From Planctomycetota bacterium (GTDB lineage Bacteria > Planctomycetota > MHYJ01 > WSZJ01), in assembly GCA_038060895.1 (NCBI GenBank), contig JBBTCT010000001.1, positions 192,001 through 256,000 on the forward strand: a stretch of 64,000 bases of DNA. Direction: 5' to 3'. Position 1 is the first letter of the stretch. Every line of letters begins with the position of its first letter. Under the pieces are notes generated by a model. That model worked only from the letters and a program-made list of their open reading frames with translations. It did no database searches and had not been told where the DNA came from. Positions 19,393-28,429 of this stretch are shown in pieces. The position numbers and the translations under genes are program-made.

Positions 19393-20796
19393 CTAAAGCT
19401 CGGTGGCGGTTTCTACTGCCTTGCGGAGGGCTGCGACCTTGCTCATGCACTCCTGGTACTCGCCCTCGGGTGTGCTGCCGAGCGTGACACCGGCGCCGGC
19501 CTGCAGGTGCGCGACGCCCCGCTGCACCACGATCGTCCGGATCGCAATGCACGTGTCCATCTGGCCGTTCGCGCCGAAGTAACCGACCGCGCCCGCGTAC
19601 GGGCCTCGGCGCGACGTCTCGAGGGACTCGATGATTTGCATCGCGCGAATCTTCGGCGCCCCTGTCACCGTGCCCGCCGGGAACGCGGCGCGGAAGAGGT
19701 CGAACTGGTCCTGGTCCTTGCGAAGCGTCCCCCGGACTTCTGAGACGAGATGCATCACGTGCGAGTAGCGCTCGACCGTGAAGAGATCCGTGGGCTTGAC
19801 CGAGCCGTACTCGCAGACGCGACCGAGATCGTTCCTCGCCAGGTCCACCAGCATGACGTGCTCGCTCCGCTCCTTTTCGTCGGCCAGCAACTCCTGCTCG
19901 AGCTTCGCGTCCTCCGCTTCCGAAGCGCCGCGCGGGCGCGTCCCCGCGATCGGCCGCACAATCGCGGTACGCCCTTCGAGTTTCACCAGGACCTCGGGAC
20001 TCGAGCCGACGAGCTGGAAATCGTCGAAGTCGAAGTAGAACATGTACGGGCTGGGATTCTGGATGCGCAGCGCGCGGTAGACCTGGAAGGGCGCGACGCC
20101 GATCTCGCCGCTCCATCGCTGCGAGAGCACCACCTGGTAGGCATTTCCCGCCCTGATGTGTTCCTGCGCCGCCTGAACGGATGACTGGTACTTCTCGCGG
20201 GTGGTGTCGCCGTCGAGCGGCTTCAGCGTCTTCTCCGAAAGCGGAAGAGCCGGCAGCGCGCCGCGCAGGCGTTCGACGATCGCGTCCAGCCGTTTCTCGC
20301 CCGCCGCCGCGTCGTCCGCCAGCGCGACGAGCGTCATGCGGCGGCGGATGTGGTCGAACATGACGAGCGCGTCGGTCAGCAGAAAAACGCCGTCCGGGAG
20401 GCCGAGTCGATCCGGCAGGGTCGCCGGGATTTTTTCGAGATTGCGGGCGAAGTCGTAGCTGAGGTACCCCACCAGCCCGCCGAGAAGCGACGGGGCTCCC
20501 GCTTCCGCGGGCATTTCCTGCGCGAGCAGGAGGTCGCGCAGCGCGCCGAGGGGACCGCCGTCGCCGAACGGAACGGAACGCTTCCCTCCCGCGCCGTCCA
20601 CCTCCAGCGCTTTCGCGCCGACGGTGACCCGCGCGGCGTTCCCGACGCCGATGAACGAGAACCGGCCGAGTTTTTCGCCGTTTTCGACGGATTCGAGGAG
20701 GAAGCGTGCGCCTGCGGCGCGGAGTTTCAGGAACGCGCTGACGGGCGTTTCGAGGTCGGCGGGGATATCGCGTTTGACGACGGTTTTCGGGCTCAT
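19393..20796 (-). CDS. trpE: Anthranilate synthase component I
   Basis: [58 protein letters not shown]. Confidence 0.95.
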   Translation of the reverse strand: MSPKTVVKRDIPADLETPVSAFLKLRAAGARFLLESVENGEKLGRFSFIGVGNAARVTVGAKALEVDGAGGKRSVPFGDGGPLGALRDLLLAQEMPAEAGAPSLLGGLVGYLSYDFARNLEKIPATLPDRLGLPDGVFLLTDALVMFDHIRRRMTLVALADDAAAGEKRLDAIVERLRGALPALPLSEKTLKPLDGDTTREKYQSSVQAAQEHIRAGNAYQVVLSQRWSGEIGVAPFQVYRALRIQNPSPYMFYFDFDDFQLVGSSPEVLVKLEGRTAIVRPIAGTRPRGASEAEDAKLEQELLADEKERSEHVMLVDLARNDLGRVCEYGSVKPTDLFTVERYSHVMHLVSEVRGTLRKDQDQFDLFRAAFPAGTVTGAPKIRAMQIIESLETSRRGPYAGAVGYFGANGQMDTCIAIRTIVVQRGVAHLQAGAGVTLGSTPEGEYQECMSKVAALRKAVETATEL

Positions 20797-20813
20797 GATT
20801 TTCTCCGTGGACG

Positions 20814-20848
20814 AAAAAAAAAGCCCTGTCCGTTTGGGGACAGGGCTT
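20814..20848 (-). terminator. Attenuator terminator of the trp operon leader
   Basis: GCCCTGTCC-CCAAAC-GGACAGGGC followed by a T9 tract, 18 nt before the trpE ATG. Confidence 0.88.
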
Positions 20849-20866
20849 GTTGCGGCGCTGGGTTCG

Positions 20867-20953
20867 TTATCCCGGCTGGCCCGCAAAGGCCTCCGTCCCG
20901 TAGGTATACGGGCGCCAGGTCCAGCTCGGGATGAAGGGGGCGTTGCGGGTCAT
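20867..20953 (-). CDS. trpL: trp operon leader peptide (28 aa)
   Basis: MTRNAPFIPSWTWRPYTYGTEAFAGQPG, with W11/W13, Y16/Y18, F7/F23, immediately upstream of the terminator. Confidence 0.75.
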   Translation of the reverse strand: MTRNAPFIPSWTWRPYTYGTEAFAGQPG

Positions 20954-20962
20954 GGGGGCGGC

Positions 20963-20992
20963 AAGATAGAGATGTCGGGGGGAGTGTGTCAA
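20963..20992 (-). promoter_or_regulatory. sigma70-type promoter of the trp operon
   Basis: TTGACA-N18-TATCTT, 9 nt before the leader ATG. Confidence 0.7.
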
Positions 20993-21198
20993 CAGGAATT
21001 CGGGAGGGCAGGAACCGGCAGGATGGAGGGCTGAGTTGGGAGTAGGGGGTAGGTTGCAGGTAGCAGATGCAGCCGCCGAAACGGCTGGATTCCCGGATTT
21101 CAACGCTTTCGGCGGAAGGCTTGAAATCTTAAGCTGTTATGCCATATATACTTGTGATAACACCACGACGTTTCCAACAAGAAATAAACGACGGATGT

Positions 21199-21227
21199 TT
21201 GACTTCCATACATTTATACTTTATAAA
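21199..21227 (+). promoter_or_regulatory. sigma70-type promoter in an AT-rich patch
   Basis: TTGACT-N17-TATAAA upstream of the L,D-transpeptidase gene. Confidence 0.72.
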
Positions 21228-21280
21228 GTATAGAGACAGAGGGGATTTTGCATACTTTTCACGACCTTCGGAGAGGACTC

Positions 21281-22492
21281 ATGCTCAAAGCCATCGCCTG
21301 CGCGGTCGTCATCACGACCGTGACTATCGTCGCCTATTTCCGCGGTTGGCTCCCGGTCCACTCCCGCAGCTCCACCCCCGCGGAAAAAGTGAGCCTCGCC
21401 CCCGCCCGTCCCACCGTCAGCACGACCGGCGGCGCTCCCTCCGTCAGCGATGCCCAGTCCGCCGCCGTCAAGCCGGAACCAAAGGGCGGCCTCGGCCTCT
21501 TCCAGCTCGGCGACTACGAAGCCGCCATCCCGGAACTCGTGAAAGAAGTCGAGAAGAACAAGGTCTCCGCTTCCCTGCGCGCCGCACTCGCCGTTTCTTA
21601 CGAGAAGACCGGGCGGACCGTGGAAGCGATCGCGCAGTGGGCCAAGCTCGCGGAGTCCTGCCCGAAGGCGCCGGAGCGCGCTTCGGCCCTCGCCCGCGTG
21701 TACATGGGGAGCGAAGGGTCGGCCCGCGTGGACGCGGGGATGAAGCTGCTGAGGGACCATCCGGAGTCGGCGGAGTCGTCCTCGAGCGTGCTGGCGATCG
21801 CGGATGCGGCGGACAAGAACGGGCGTCCGCTGGAGGCGTGGGAGGCGTGTTCGCTGGCGGTGAACCTGGGGGTCGGGAACGAGCCGGGCCTCGTCACTCG
21901 CTGCAGCAACTACGCGGACCAGCTCGCGTTCAGCGCGAAGGACGTCGCGGAGCTGGGTACGGTTTACGTCGTGAAATCGGGCGACCTCGTCGTGACGATC
22001 GCGAAGAAGCACAAGATCGACTCGGGCGTGATCGCGCGCGTGAACAAGGTCCAGAACGGGATGATCCGCGCCGGGCAGCGCCTGAAAGTCCTGACGGCGA
22101 AGGCTTCCATCGAAGTGTCGATCAAGCGGACGTGGCTGAGGCTCTGGTACAACGGCCGGCTGCTGGCCCGGCAATACCCGGTCTGCACGGGAAAGCTCGA
22201 CGAGAGCCCGACGCCGATCGGCGAGTTCACGGTGTCCACCAAGCTGGTCAATCCCGAATGGACCCGCGCGGGACAGCGGGCCGTCTCCGCTGACGACCCG
22301 GAGAATCCGCTCGGCACGCGCTGGATGGGCTTCGCCGAGCCGGGATTCACGAGCTACGGCATCCACGGAACGCGCAAGCCGGAAACGATCGGGAAGCACG
22401 AGTCGAACGGGTGCGTGCGGATGCGGAACGAGAGCGTTGAAGAGCTGTTCGACCTTGCGGGGTCGGGGACAAAGATCTCGATTCACGAGTAA
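21281..22492 (+). CDS. L,D-transpeptidase (YkuD) with TM anchor, TPR-like region and LysM
   Basis: YVVKSGDLVVTIAKKH (LysM); NPLGTRWMGF, YGIHGT...SNGCVRM (YkuD); GGAGAGG SD. Confidence 0.9.
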   Translation: MLKAIACAVVITTVTIVAYFRGWLPVHSRSSTPAEKVSLAPARPTVSTTGGAPSVSDAQSAAVKPEPKGGLGLFQLGDYEAAIPELVKEVEKNKVSASLRAALAVSYEKTGRTVEAIAQWAKLAESCPKAPERASALARVYMGSEGSARVDAGMKLLRDHPESAESSSSVLAIADAADKNGRPLEAWEACSLAVNLGVGNEPGLVTRCSNYADQLAFSAKDVAELGTVYVVKSGDLVVTIAKKHKIDSGVIARVNKVQNGMIRAGQRLKVLTAKASIEVSIKRTWLRLWYNGRLLARQYPVCTGKLDESPTPIGEFTVSTKLVNPEWTRAGQRAVSADDPENPLGTRWMGFAEPGFTSYGIHGTRKPETIGKHESNGCVRMRNESVEELFDLAGSGTKISIHE

Positions 22493-22519
22493 GCGCCGCG
22501 GCAGCCACGAAAGGAAGAG

Positions 22520-22555
22520 CGAAACAACAACGGCCACCTCCCCCTGAGGTGGCCG
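22520..22555 (-). terminator. Intrinsic terminator between convergent genes
   Basis: CGGCCACCTC-N5-GAGGTGGCCG, then TTGTTGTTT on the minus strand. Confidence 0.65.
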
Positions 22556-23968
22556 CTACTTTTTGGCTCGCTCCTCAAGGAATTCCCCGACCGCATCTTT
22601 CATCGCACGCTCCCCTTCTTTCCCGAACCACGCCTCCCACTGCCGCCGCGCCTGCCCCGCAAACATCCCGACTCCGGAGATTGCGCGGCATCCCCGCGCC
22701 CCCGCTTCCCTGAGAAGCCTCGTCTCCCTCGGCGTGTAAACGCAGTCGTACACCGCGCACCCGTCAGGCAGCCTGGCGGCGGAGAACGGCGTCTCGTCCG
22801 CCGCCGGGTCCATTCCCACGGAAGTGGTGTTCACCAGGACGTCGAACGCGATCCCTTCTCCCCCCGTCCATGGAACCGGAGTCGCGTCGAATTCCCGCGC
22901 GAGATCCCCCGTCTTCACGGAGTTGCGGCCCGCCAGGAAGAGGACATTCGGTCCCGCGAGCGCCGCGAGAATGGCGCGCGCAGCGCCTCCCGCGCCCAGC
23001 ACCACGACGCGCAGCCCTTTGGCCGCCCGCCCGAGCCCCGCCTCCAGCGACTCGAGAAACCCGGCAGAATCCGTATTCGTCGCCTCCCACATGCCGGCGC
23101 GCTTCGTCAGCGTGTTGGCCGCCCCGGCGCGTCGCGCCGCCGCGTCCGCTTTCGCGCCGCGGCCCGCCTCGACCTTGTGCGGGATCGTGACGCTCGCGCC
23201 CTCGACGCCAAGCGATTCGAGCGCCGCGAAAAGCTCCCCCTCGCGAACAAGCGCGGGAACGTACACCGCGTCCAGGCCGGCCTTCGCAAACGCCGTGTTG
23301 AACAGCCGCGGCGACTGCGAATGCGCCACCGGGTCGCCCGCGACGCAGAACGCCCTCGTGGAAGCGCCGATGCGCTCGAACCGGTAGAGGCCGCGCAGTT
23401 CCCCTTCACCCCATTGCCCTTCGGCCGTCGGTTCTCCGCCCTCCGGCGCCGCATAGGTCCACGGCGCGCCGATGCGGGCGCCGAGGATGCGGGCCGCGGC
23501 GCCGAGGCCACCCATGGGGACGATGACGGCGCGCGCGCCGAGGTCGCGCTGGAGTTCGAGAAGCGCGCGGAGCTCTGCGGCGGACTTCGGCGTCGCCGCG
23601 ATCTTCACGACGTCCGCCTTTTCCGCGAGCATGCGGTGCGCGAGCCCGCGCGCGTCCGCCGGCACTCCTTCGAAATCGTGGTGCGACAGGATCAGCCGCA
23701 CCCCCGCCGGCCGCGCGGGGCGCCACGCCGCGCGCGCCTCGACATCCACCGCCCACGCCCCGGATGCCGCGGCGCGCTCGACCGCCGTACGCCGCTCTTC
23801 TTCGCTCCCCGCAAATGTCCCGCCCTCCCAGGAGGCGCGGCACGTCGCGATCGCGTCGCAGCCGGACGGAACCTGGGGCCACGTCGCTCCCCGGTCGAGA
23901 CGGATCTCCACGAAGGCGCGCCCGGCAATCGCCGCGCCCCCGGACAGAGAGACGCAAATCCGGCTCAC
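22556..23968 (-). CDS. aroE: Type I 3-dehydroquinate dehydratase / shikimate dehydrogenase fusion (AroD-AroE)
   Basis: EIRLD, LSHHDF, VVKIA (AroD); HSQSP, SVTIPHK, AANTL, NTDSAG, LGAGGAARA, NTTSVGM (AroE). Confidence 0.9.
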   Translation of the reverse strand: MSRICVSLSGGAAIAGRAFVEIRLDRGATWPQVPSGCDAIATCRASWEGGTFAGSEEERRTAVERAAASGAWAVDVEARAAWRPARPAGVRLILSHHDFEGVPADARGLAHRMLAEKADVVKIAATPKSAAELRALLELQRDLGARAVIVPMGGLGAAARILGARIGAPWTYAAPEGGEPTAEGQWGEGELRGLYRFERIGASTRAFCVAGDPVAHSQSPRLFNTAFAKAGLDAVYVPALVREGELFAALESLGVEGASVTIPHKVEAGRGAKADAAARRAGAANTLTKRAGMWEATNTDSAGFLESLEAGLGRAAKGLRVVVLGAGGAARAILAALAGPNVLFLAGRNSVKTGDLAREFDATPVPWTGGEGIAFDVLVNTTSVGMDPAADETPFSAARLPDGCAVYDCVYTPRETRLLREAGARGCRAISGVGMFAGQARRQWEAWFGKEGERAMKDAVGEFLEERAKK

Positions 23969-24636
23969 TTCGGCGCCTCTTCGCCCGGGGGAACCGGCGG
24001 CGCCGCTTCCATCGCCTTCGCCGCCATCCGGTCCTTGTGCCCCTTCCACCAGTGCCACAACACCGTCAGCACCACGATCACCAGGATCCCGCCGAAGATC
24101 CAGTGGTTCGCGTGCTCAACCTTCGCGATCGCCTCCTTGAAGTTCTTCGAGAAGCGAAACGCGATGTAGATCGACGTCGGCCCGCTGATGAGGGTCCCGG
24201 CGAGGTCGAGGAGGACGAAGCGCACCGGGTGCATCTTCATCGTGCCGGCATAAAAGTAGACGGGCATGCGGATGCCGGCGAAGAAGCGGGCGAAGAAGAC
24301 CGTCTTGCTGCCGTGTCTCTCGAAGTAGTGCTCGACCTTGGCGAGGCGCGGCGCGGGAAAGAGCCACTTTCCGAACCGCGTGGTCAGGAGCTGGCGGCCC
24401 CATCGGCGGGCGATGAAGAACATGGTGAGGTCGCCGCCGATGATGGAGGCGACGCAAAGGACCATGATGAGCCAGAGATGGACGTATCCCTCGTACGCGG
24501 CCCACCCGGCGAGCAGGAGGGTGATTTCTTCGGGGATCGGGACCCCGAGTCCGCAGACATAAAGGACGCCCACGATGACCGTGTAGGCGTTGTCCTGGAC
24601 CAGGGACTGGAGCGCAAAGGTGAGTTTTTCGAACAT
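23965..24636 (-). CDS. DedA family membrane protein
   Basis: GVPIPEEITLLLAG, GD..MF.I.R.WG, FFARFFAGIR. Confidence 0.9.
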   Translation of the reverse strand: MFEKLTFALQSLVQDNAYTVIVGVLYVCGLGVPIPEEITLLLAGWAAYEGYVHLWLIMVLCVASIIGGDLTMFFIARRWGRQLLTTRFGKWLFPAPRLAKVEHYFERHGSKTVFFARFFAGIRMPVYFYAGTMKMHPVRFVLLDLAGTLISGPTSIYIAFRFSKNFKEAIAKVEHANHWIFGGILVIVVLTVLWHWWKGHKDRMAAKAMEAAPPVPPGEEAPK

Positions 24637-24701
24637 GGCGGGGCGAGAGTCTATCACGAGGCCCGGTGGACGCGCCCCGCGGCGCCCGCTACAGTCGCGG
24701 C

Positions 24702-25544
24702 ATGAGCCGCACGGTTTCCGTCGTGGGCGCGGGCCGGGTCGGCGCGGCGCTGGGGGCTGCGCTGAAGCGCGCGGGGTGGCGGGTCGCGGCGGTTTCCTGC
24801 CGGGGGGCTGCTTCGGCGAAGCGCGCGGCACGATTCGTCGGCGCGCCCTCAACGAGCGCGCGCGAAGCGGCGGCCCGGGGCGATGTGGTCATCGTCGCCG
24901 TTCCCGACGATGCGCTGGCCGCCGTCGCGCGCGAAATCGCTCCGGCCGTCCGCGGCGGCGCCGTCATCGTCCACACGGCGGGCGCGCTCTCCTCCGACGC
25001 GCTCGCTGCCGTCCGCCGCCGCGGCGCCCGCGCCGCGAGCCTGCACCCGCTCATGACGTTTCCGACGGCCGCGAAGGGCCTCGCGGGAATCCGCGGGGCG
25101 CACTTTTTCCACGAGGGCGACCGCGGGACGGCGCCGCTTCTTCGGTCGCTCGTCCGCGCGATCGGCGGAGTTCCTGTGGCCGTGTCGAAGCGAGGCAAGG
25201 TGCTCTATCACGCCGGCGCCGTCCTGGCCTGCAACGACCTCGTCGCGCTTCTCGCCGACGCCTTCGGCCTCTTCGCCACTGCCGGCGTTCGCGAGAAAAA
25301 AACACGGGCGGCGCTGGGCCCGCTCATCCGCCGGACCGTCGAGAACGTCCTTGCGCTCGGTCCGGCCCGGGCGCTGACGGGTCCGGTCGCGCGCGGCGAC
25401 GCCGAAACGGTCGCATTGCACCTCGCGGCGCTGCGCGGCCCCGCCCGCGAAACCTATCGCGTCCTCGGCCTTGCGACGCTCCGGCTTGCCGGCCTTTCCG
25501 CCCCGCGTCGGGCCCGCCTTGCCCGGCTGCTCGCGGCGCGATGA
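24702..25544 (+). CDS. Rossmann-like + DUF2520 oxidoreductase
   Basis: GAGRVG, AVPDD, HTAGA, LHPLMTF, YHAGAVLACN, LTGPVARGD. Confidence 0.88.
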   Translation: MSRTVSVVGAGRVGAALGAALKRAGWRVAAVSCRGAASAKRAARFVGAPSTSAREAAARGDVVIVAVPDDALAAVAREIAPAVRGGAVIVHTAGALSSDALAAVRRRGARAASLHPLMTFPTAAKGLAGIRGAHFFHEGDRGTAPLLRSLVRAIGGVPVAVSKRGKVLYHAGAVLACNDLVALLADAFGLFATAGVREKKTRAALGPLIRRTVENVLALGPARALTGPVARGDAETVALHLAALRGPARETYRVLGLATLRLAGLSAPRRARLARLLAAR

Positions 25545-25591
25545 GGGAGGCCGGGATGCATTTTCCCGGCTCTAAGCTTAGAATCGTCCGC

Positions 25592-26161
25592 GTGTGCAAC
25601 ATCATCCTCGTCGGTTTCCGCTGCACCGGGAAAACCACCGTCGGGCGCTACCTCGGCAAGCGCCTGCGCATGGAATTCGTCGATTCCGACGAGCTGATCG
25701 AGCTGCGCGCGCGGCAGAACATCCGTGAGATCTTCGAAAAGAAGGGCGAAACGTGGTTCCGCGGGCAGGAGGCGGACATCCTGGCCGAGCTCGGCCACCG
25801 CGACAACCTGGTCATCGCCACGGGCGGCGGCTGCGTGCTGCGGTACAAGACCATCCGGGAACTGAAGCGCAACGGCAGGGTCGTCCTGCTCGAGGCGGAC
25901 CCGGAGACGCTTCACCGCCGCATCAAGGAGGATCCCCGGACGTCGACGACGCGCCCCGCGCTGACGACGATGAGCCTCTACGAGGAGATCATTTCGCAGC
26001 TCGAGCTTCGGCGGCCCTACTACGAGCAGGCTTCCGAAATAAAAATATCGACCGTCAGCCGCCCGATCGACGACATCGCCGAGGAAGTCATCACGCGCCT
26101 CGGCCTGAAAGCGACGATGAACGCGCCGGATCCGCGGAAGCACCCCGAGAATGATCCCTGA
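25592..26161 (+). CDS. aroK: Shikimate kinase
   Basis: GFRCTGKTTVG, DSDELIE, GETWFR, ATGGG, RP. Confidence 0.92.
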   Translation: MCNIILVGFRCTGKTTVGRYLGKRLRMEFVDSDELIELRARQNIREIFEKKGETWFRGQEADILAELGHRDNLVIATGGGCVLRYKTIRELKRNGRVVLLEADPETLHRRIKEDPRTSTTRPALTTMSLYEEIISQLELRRPYYEQASEIKISTVSRPIDDIAEEVITRLGLKATMNAPDPRKHPENDP

Positions 26162-26221
26162 CCGTTCGATGTGTATGATGCGGCCGCTTCAGTCGGGGGG
26201 GATCCTGGCTGGAGGTGCCCG

Positions 26222-27484
26222 ATGAAACTGCGCCGGTTCCTGTCGATGTTCGCGATCCACCTTTCGATCGCGCTGGCCGTGGGATGTTCCTCCGACCCGG
26301 ACCCGGATCCCCTCGACGGCCTCGGCCTGCGTGAAGCGCCGGTCGCACCCGCGGAGCACGGGCTCCCGGGCGAGTTCATCGCCGGCGGCACCGGGACCGA
26401 CCTGTCGGTGCTCCGCCTGAATCCCGGCGGGTCGTGGGAGATGGAAACCCCCGACTGGAAGTACGGCATCGAGGAATCGTCCGGGATCTGGCGGCGGCAG
26501 GGGACGCGGCTGGCGCTTTTCTACGGCGCCGAGGCCAGGCGGACCGCCGAAAACTGGGCGGACCTGCGTGCGTGGCAACCGTCGGATGGCGTCATTCCCT
26601 TCCGCATCATCGCGTGGGGACGTCGCACCTACCTCGTGGACGACGCGCGCGCGCGGCAGTTCGCGGCGGCGGTCGAGTCGGGTGCCGAGCCGCGCGGGAC
26701 GGCGGGCGGCGCGTTCTTCATGGCGAGCGGCGACGACTCGCGCCGGGCCGGCGGCCCGCCGTCGCTTCCGGATGAATGGAAGACGCTGCTGGCCGCGGTT
26801 CCCACCGGCGAATACACGCGGGGCCCGTACCCCGGCGGGTCGTATGAACTCCGCGAGGACGGAACCTGGACGAACGAGGAGCACAGCTGCAGCGGATTGA
26901 GCCGTGCGCGTCGAGGCGTCTATTCCTCGGACAACGACCTGCTGGTTCTTGAAATCCTGGAGGCGGTGACGGAGCCCGTGGAGGACGGCGATCCCGTCGT
27001 CTGGAAACCCTGGTCGGGGACGATCCGGTTCCATGTGGTCCACTGGGGGAAACGGGCCTACCTGGTCGAGCCGGGAAAGTGGCTCGAGTTCGTCAACGTC
27101 GTCAACCAGGGGTACGAGCCGCGCCGGGAATACGAAGGATTCGTCTTTCTGCTTGTGGGAGACGAGGGGATTCCCGTCAGCGGGCCGCCGCCGGTCCCCG
27201 AGGAGTGGCGCGCCTGGCTGCTCCCGCAGCCGCTGAAAGGCGAAATCGTCGATGTCCTTCCGGACGGAACAGGAGTCTGTTCCCTCGGCGAAAGACACGG
27301 CGTCCGCAAGGGAATGGTGTTCTACGCACGGTCGCCCGGGGGACGAAACGGCGTCGCCGGGAGTGTCATCGCCGTCCAGGAGGACCGTTGCATCCTGGCC
27401 TGCGAAGAAGGGAAGAGCTCGCCGGAATTCACAGAAGGAATGCGAGTGCTGTCCCGCTTCGCGAACGACGAAGACAGGGAGTGA
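26222..27484 (+). CDS. Hypothetical lipoprotein with a duplicated domain
   Basis: Lipobox LAVGC; two copies of WG.R.YLV...F...V..G.EPR...GD...G.P..P.EW. Confidence 0.75.
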   Translation: MKLRRFLSMFAIHLSIALAVGCSSDPDPDPLDGLGLREAPVAPAEHGLPGEFIAGGTGTDLSVLRLNPGGSWEMETPDWKYGIEESSGIWRRQGTRLALFYGAEARRTAENWADLRAWQPSDGVIPFRIIAWGRRTYLVDDARARQFAAAVESGAEPRGTAGGAFFMASGDDSRRAGGPPSLPDEWKTLLAAVPTGEYTRGPYPGGSYELREDGTWTNEEHSCSGLSRARRGVYSSDNDLLVLEILEAVTEPVEDGDPVVWKPWSGTIRFHVVHWGKRAYLVEPGKWLEFVNVVNQGYEPRREYEGFVFLLVGDEGIPVSGPPPVPEEWRAWLLPQPLKGEIVDVLPDGTGVCSLGERHGVRKGMVFYARSPGGRNGVAGSVIAVQEDRCILACEEGKSSPEFTEGMRVLSRFANDEDRE

Positions 27485-27568
27485 CCGGCGGTCGGGCCTC
27501 AGCCATTGACACGCGTTATCGGGATCCCCACCATTTTCCGCGCCAACGGCTCACTTCAAGGAGAACCT

Positions 27569-28306
27569 GTGCTCCCGCGGATTTGCCGGTGCCTCGCCGT
27601 CGCATCGCTCGCCGTCGCTGCCGGCTGCGCCTCCCGCGAGCCGCAACCCGGCGAACCCCCCTTCACCCCCGCCTCGGCCTCCGAGCTGCAGGACATCGCC
27701 GGGGTCTACGCCTACGAACTGGACGGGACCCGCAGGCTGGAGATCGGAACGGGGGGCGGATACGAAGAGACGATCGAGGGATCGTGTTTCGAAACTCCGC
27801 CGGACGAGGGAGACGTGGGGACGGACTCAGGAGTGATCGTTTTGCGGCCCGAGAAGCGGCCTTTGGAGAGGATCCGGATGGTGTCGGTGGCGTGGGGGGA
27901 GCGGAGGTACCTGCTCGAGGAGCGGGACGTGCCCGAGTTCTGCCAGCGGGTGAAAAGCGGCGACGAGCCGCGGAGGGGGGCGAAGGGACTCTTTTATCTG
28001 CGCGAGGGAGACTGGAACAGATCTGCCGCGGGCGAGCCGGGGGTGCCGCAGGAATGGAGGGCGTTCCTGTCGGAGGAGGCGCGCCTCGGGAAGGTGACGT
28101 GGGTGGAGGGAGACGGGCGGGCGTGGACGTCGCTGAACGCGGCGGAAGTCGCGAAAGGGAGGAAGGTCTACGTCGAGTGCGCGCGCGGGTGGGAGGATGC
28201 TGAGGTCGTGGACGTGACGGAGAAGGACAGCGTGGTGAGGCTGGTGGTGGAGGGAGAGGAGATTCGCGCGGGGGCGCGTGTGGCGACGGTGAAGCCGGGG
28301 GAATGA
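27569..28306 (+). CDS. Hypothetical lipoprotein, paralog of the upstream gene
   Basis: AGGAG SD + GTG; lipobox AAGC; one copy of the same WGERRYL...GDEPRR...PQEW domain. Confidence 0.75.
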   Translation: MLPRICRCLAVASLAVAAGCASREPQPGEPPFTPASASELQDIAGVYAYELDGTRRLEIGTGGGYEETIEGSCFETPPDEGDVGTDSGVIVLRPEKRPLERIRMVSVAWGERRYLLEERDVPEFCQRVKSGDEPRRGAKGLFYLREGDWNRSAAGEPGVPQEWRAFLSEEARLGKVTWVEGDGRAWTSLNAAEVAKGRKVYVECARGWEDAEVVDVTEKDSVVRLVVEGEEIRAGARVATVKPGE

Positions 28307-28429
28307 GCGGAGAAGCCCACGTCCACGGCGGGCCGACGCAGCGGGCCTTTACGACGGCGGGTTGCGAGGCGCGGTCGCGCGCTGGCGCTCGATTTTTTCG
28401 CGCGCTCTCTGCTACAATCTCCAGGTCGC

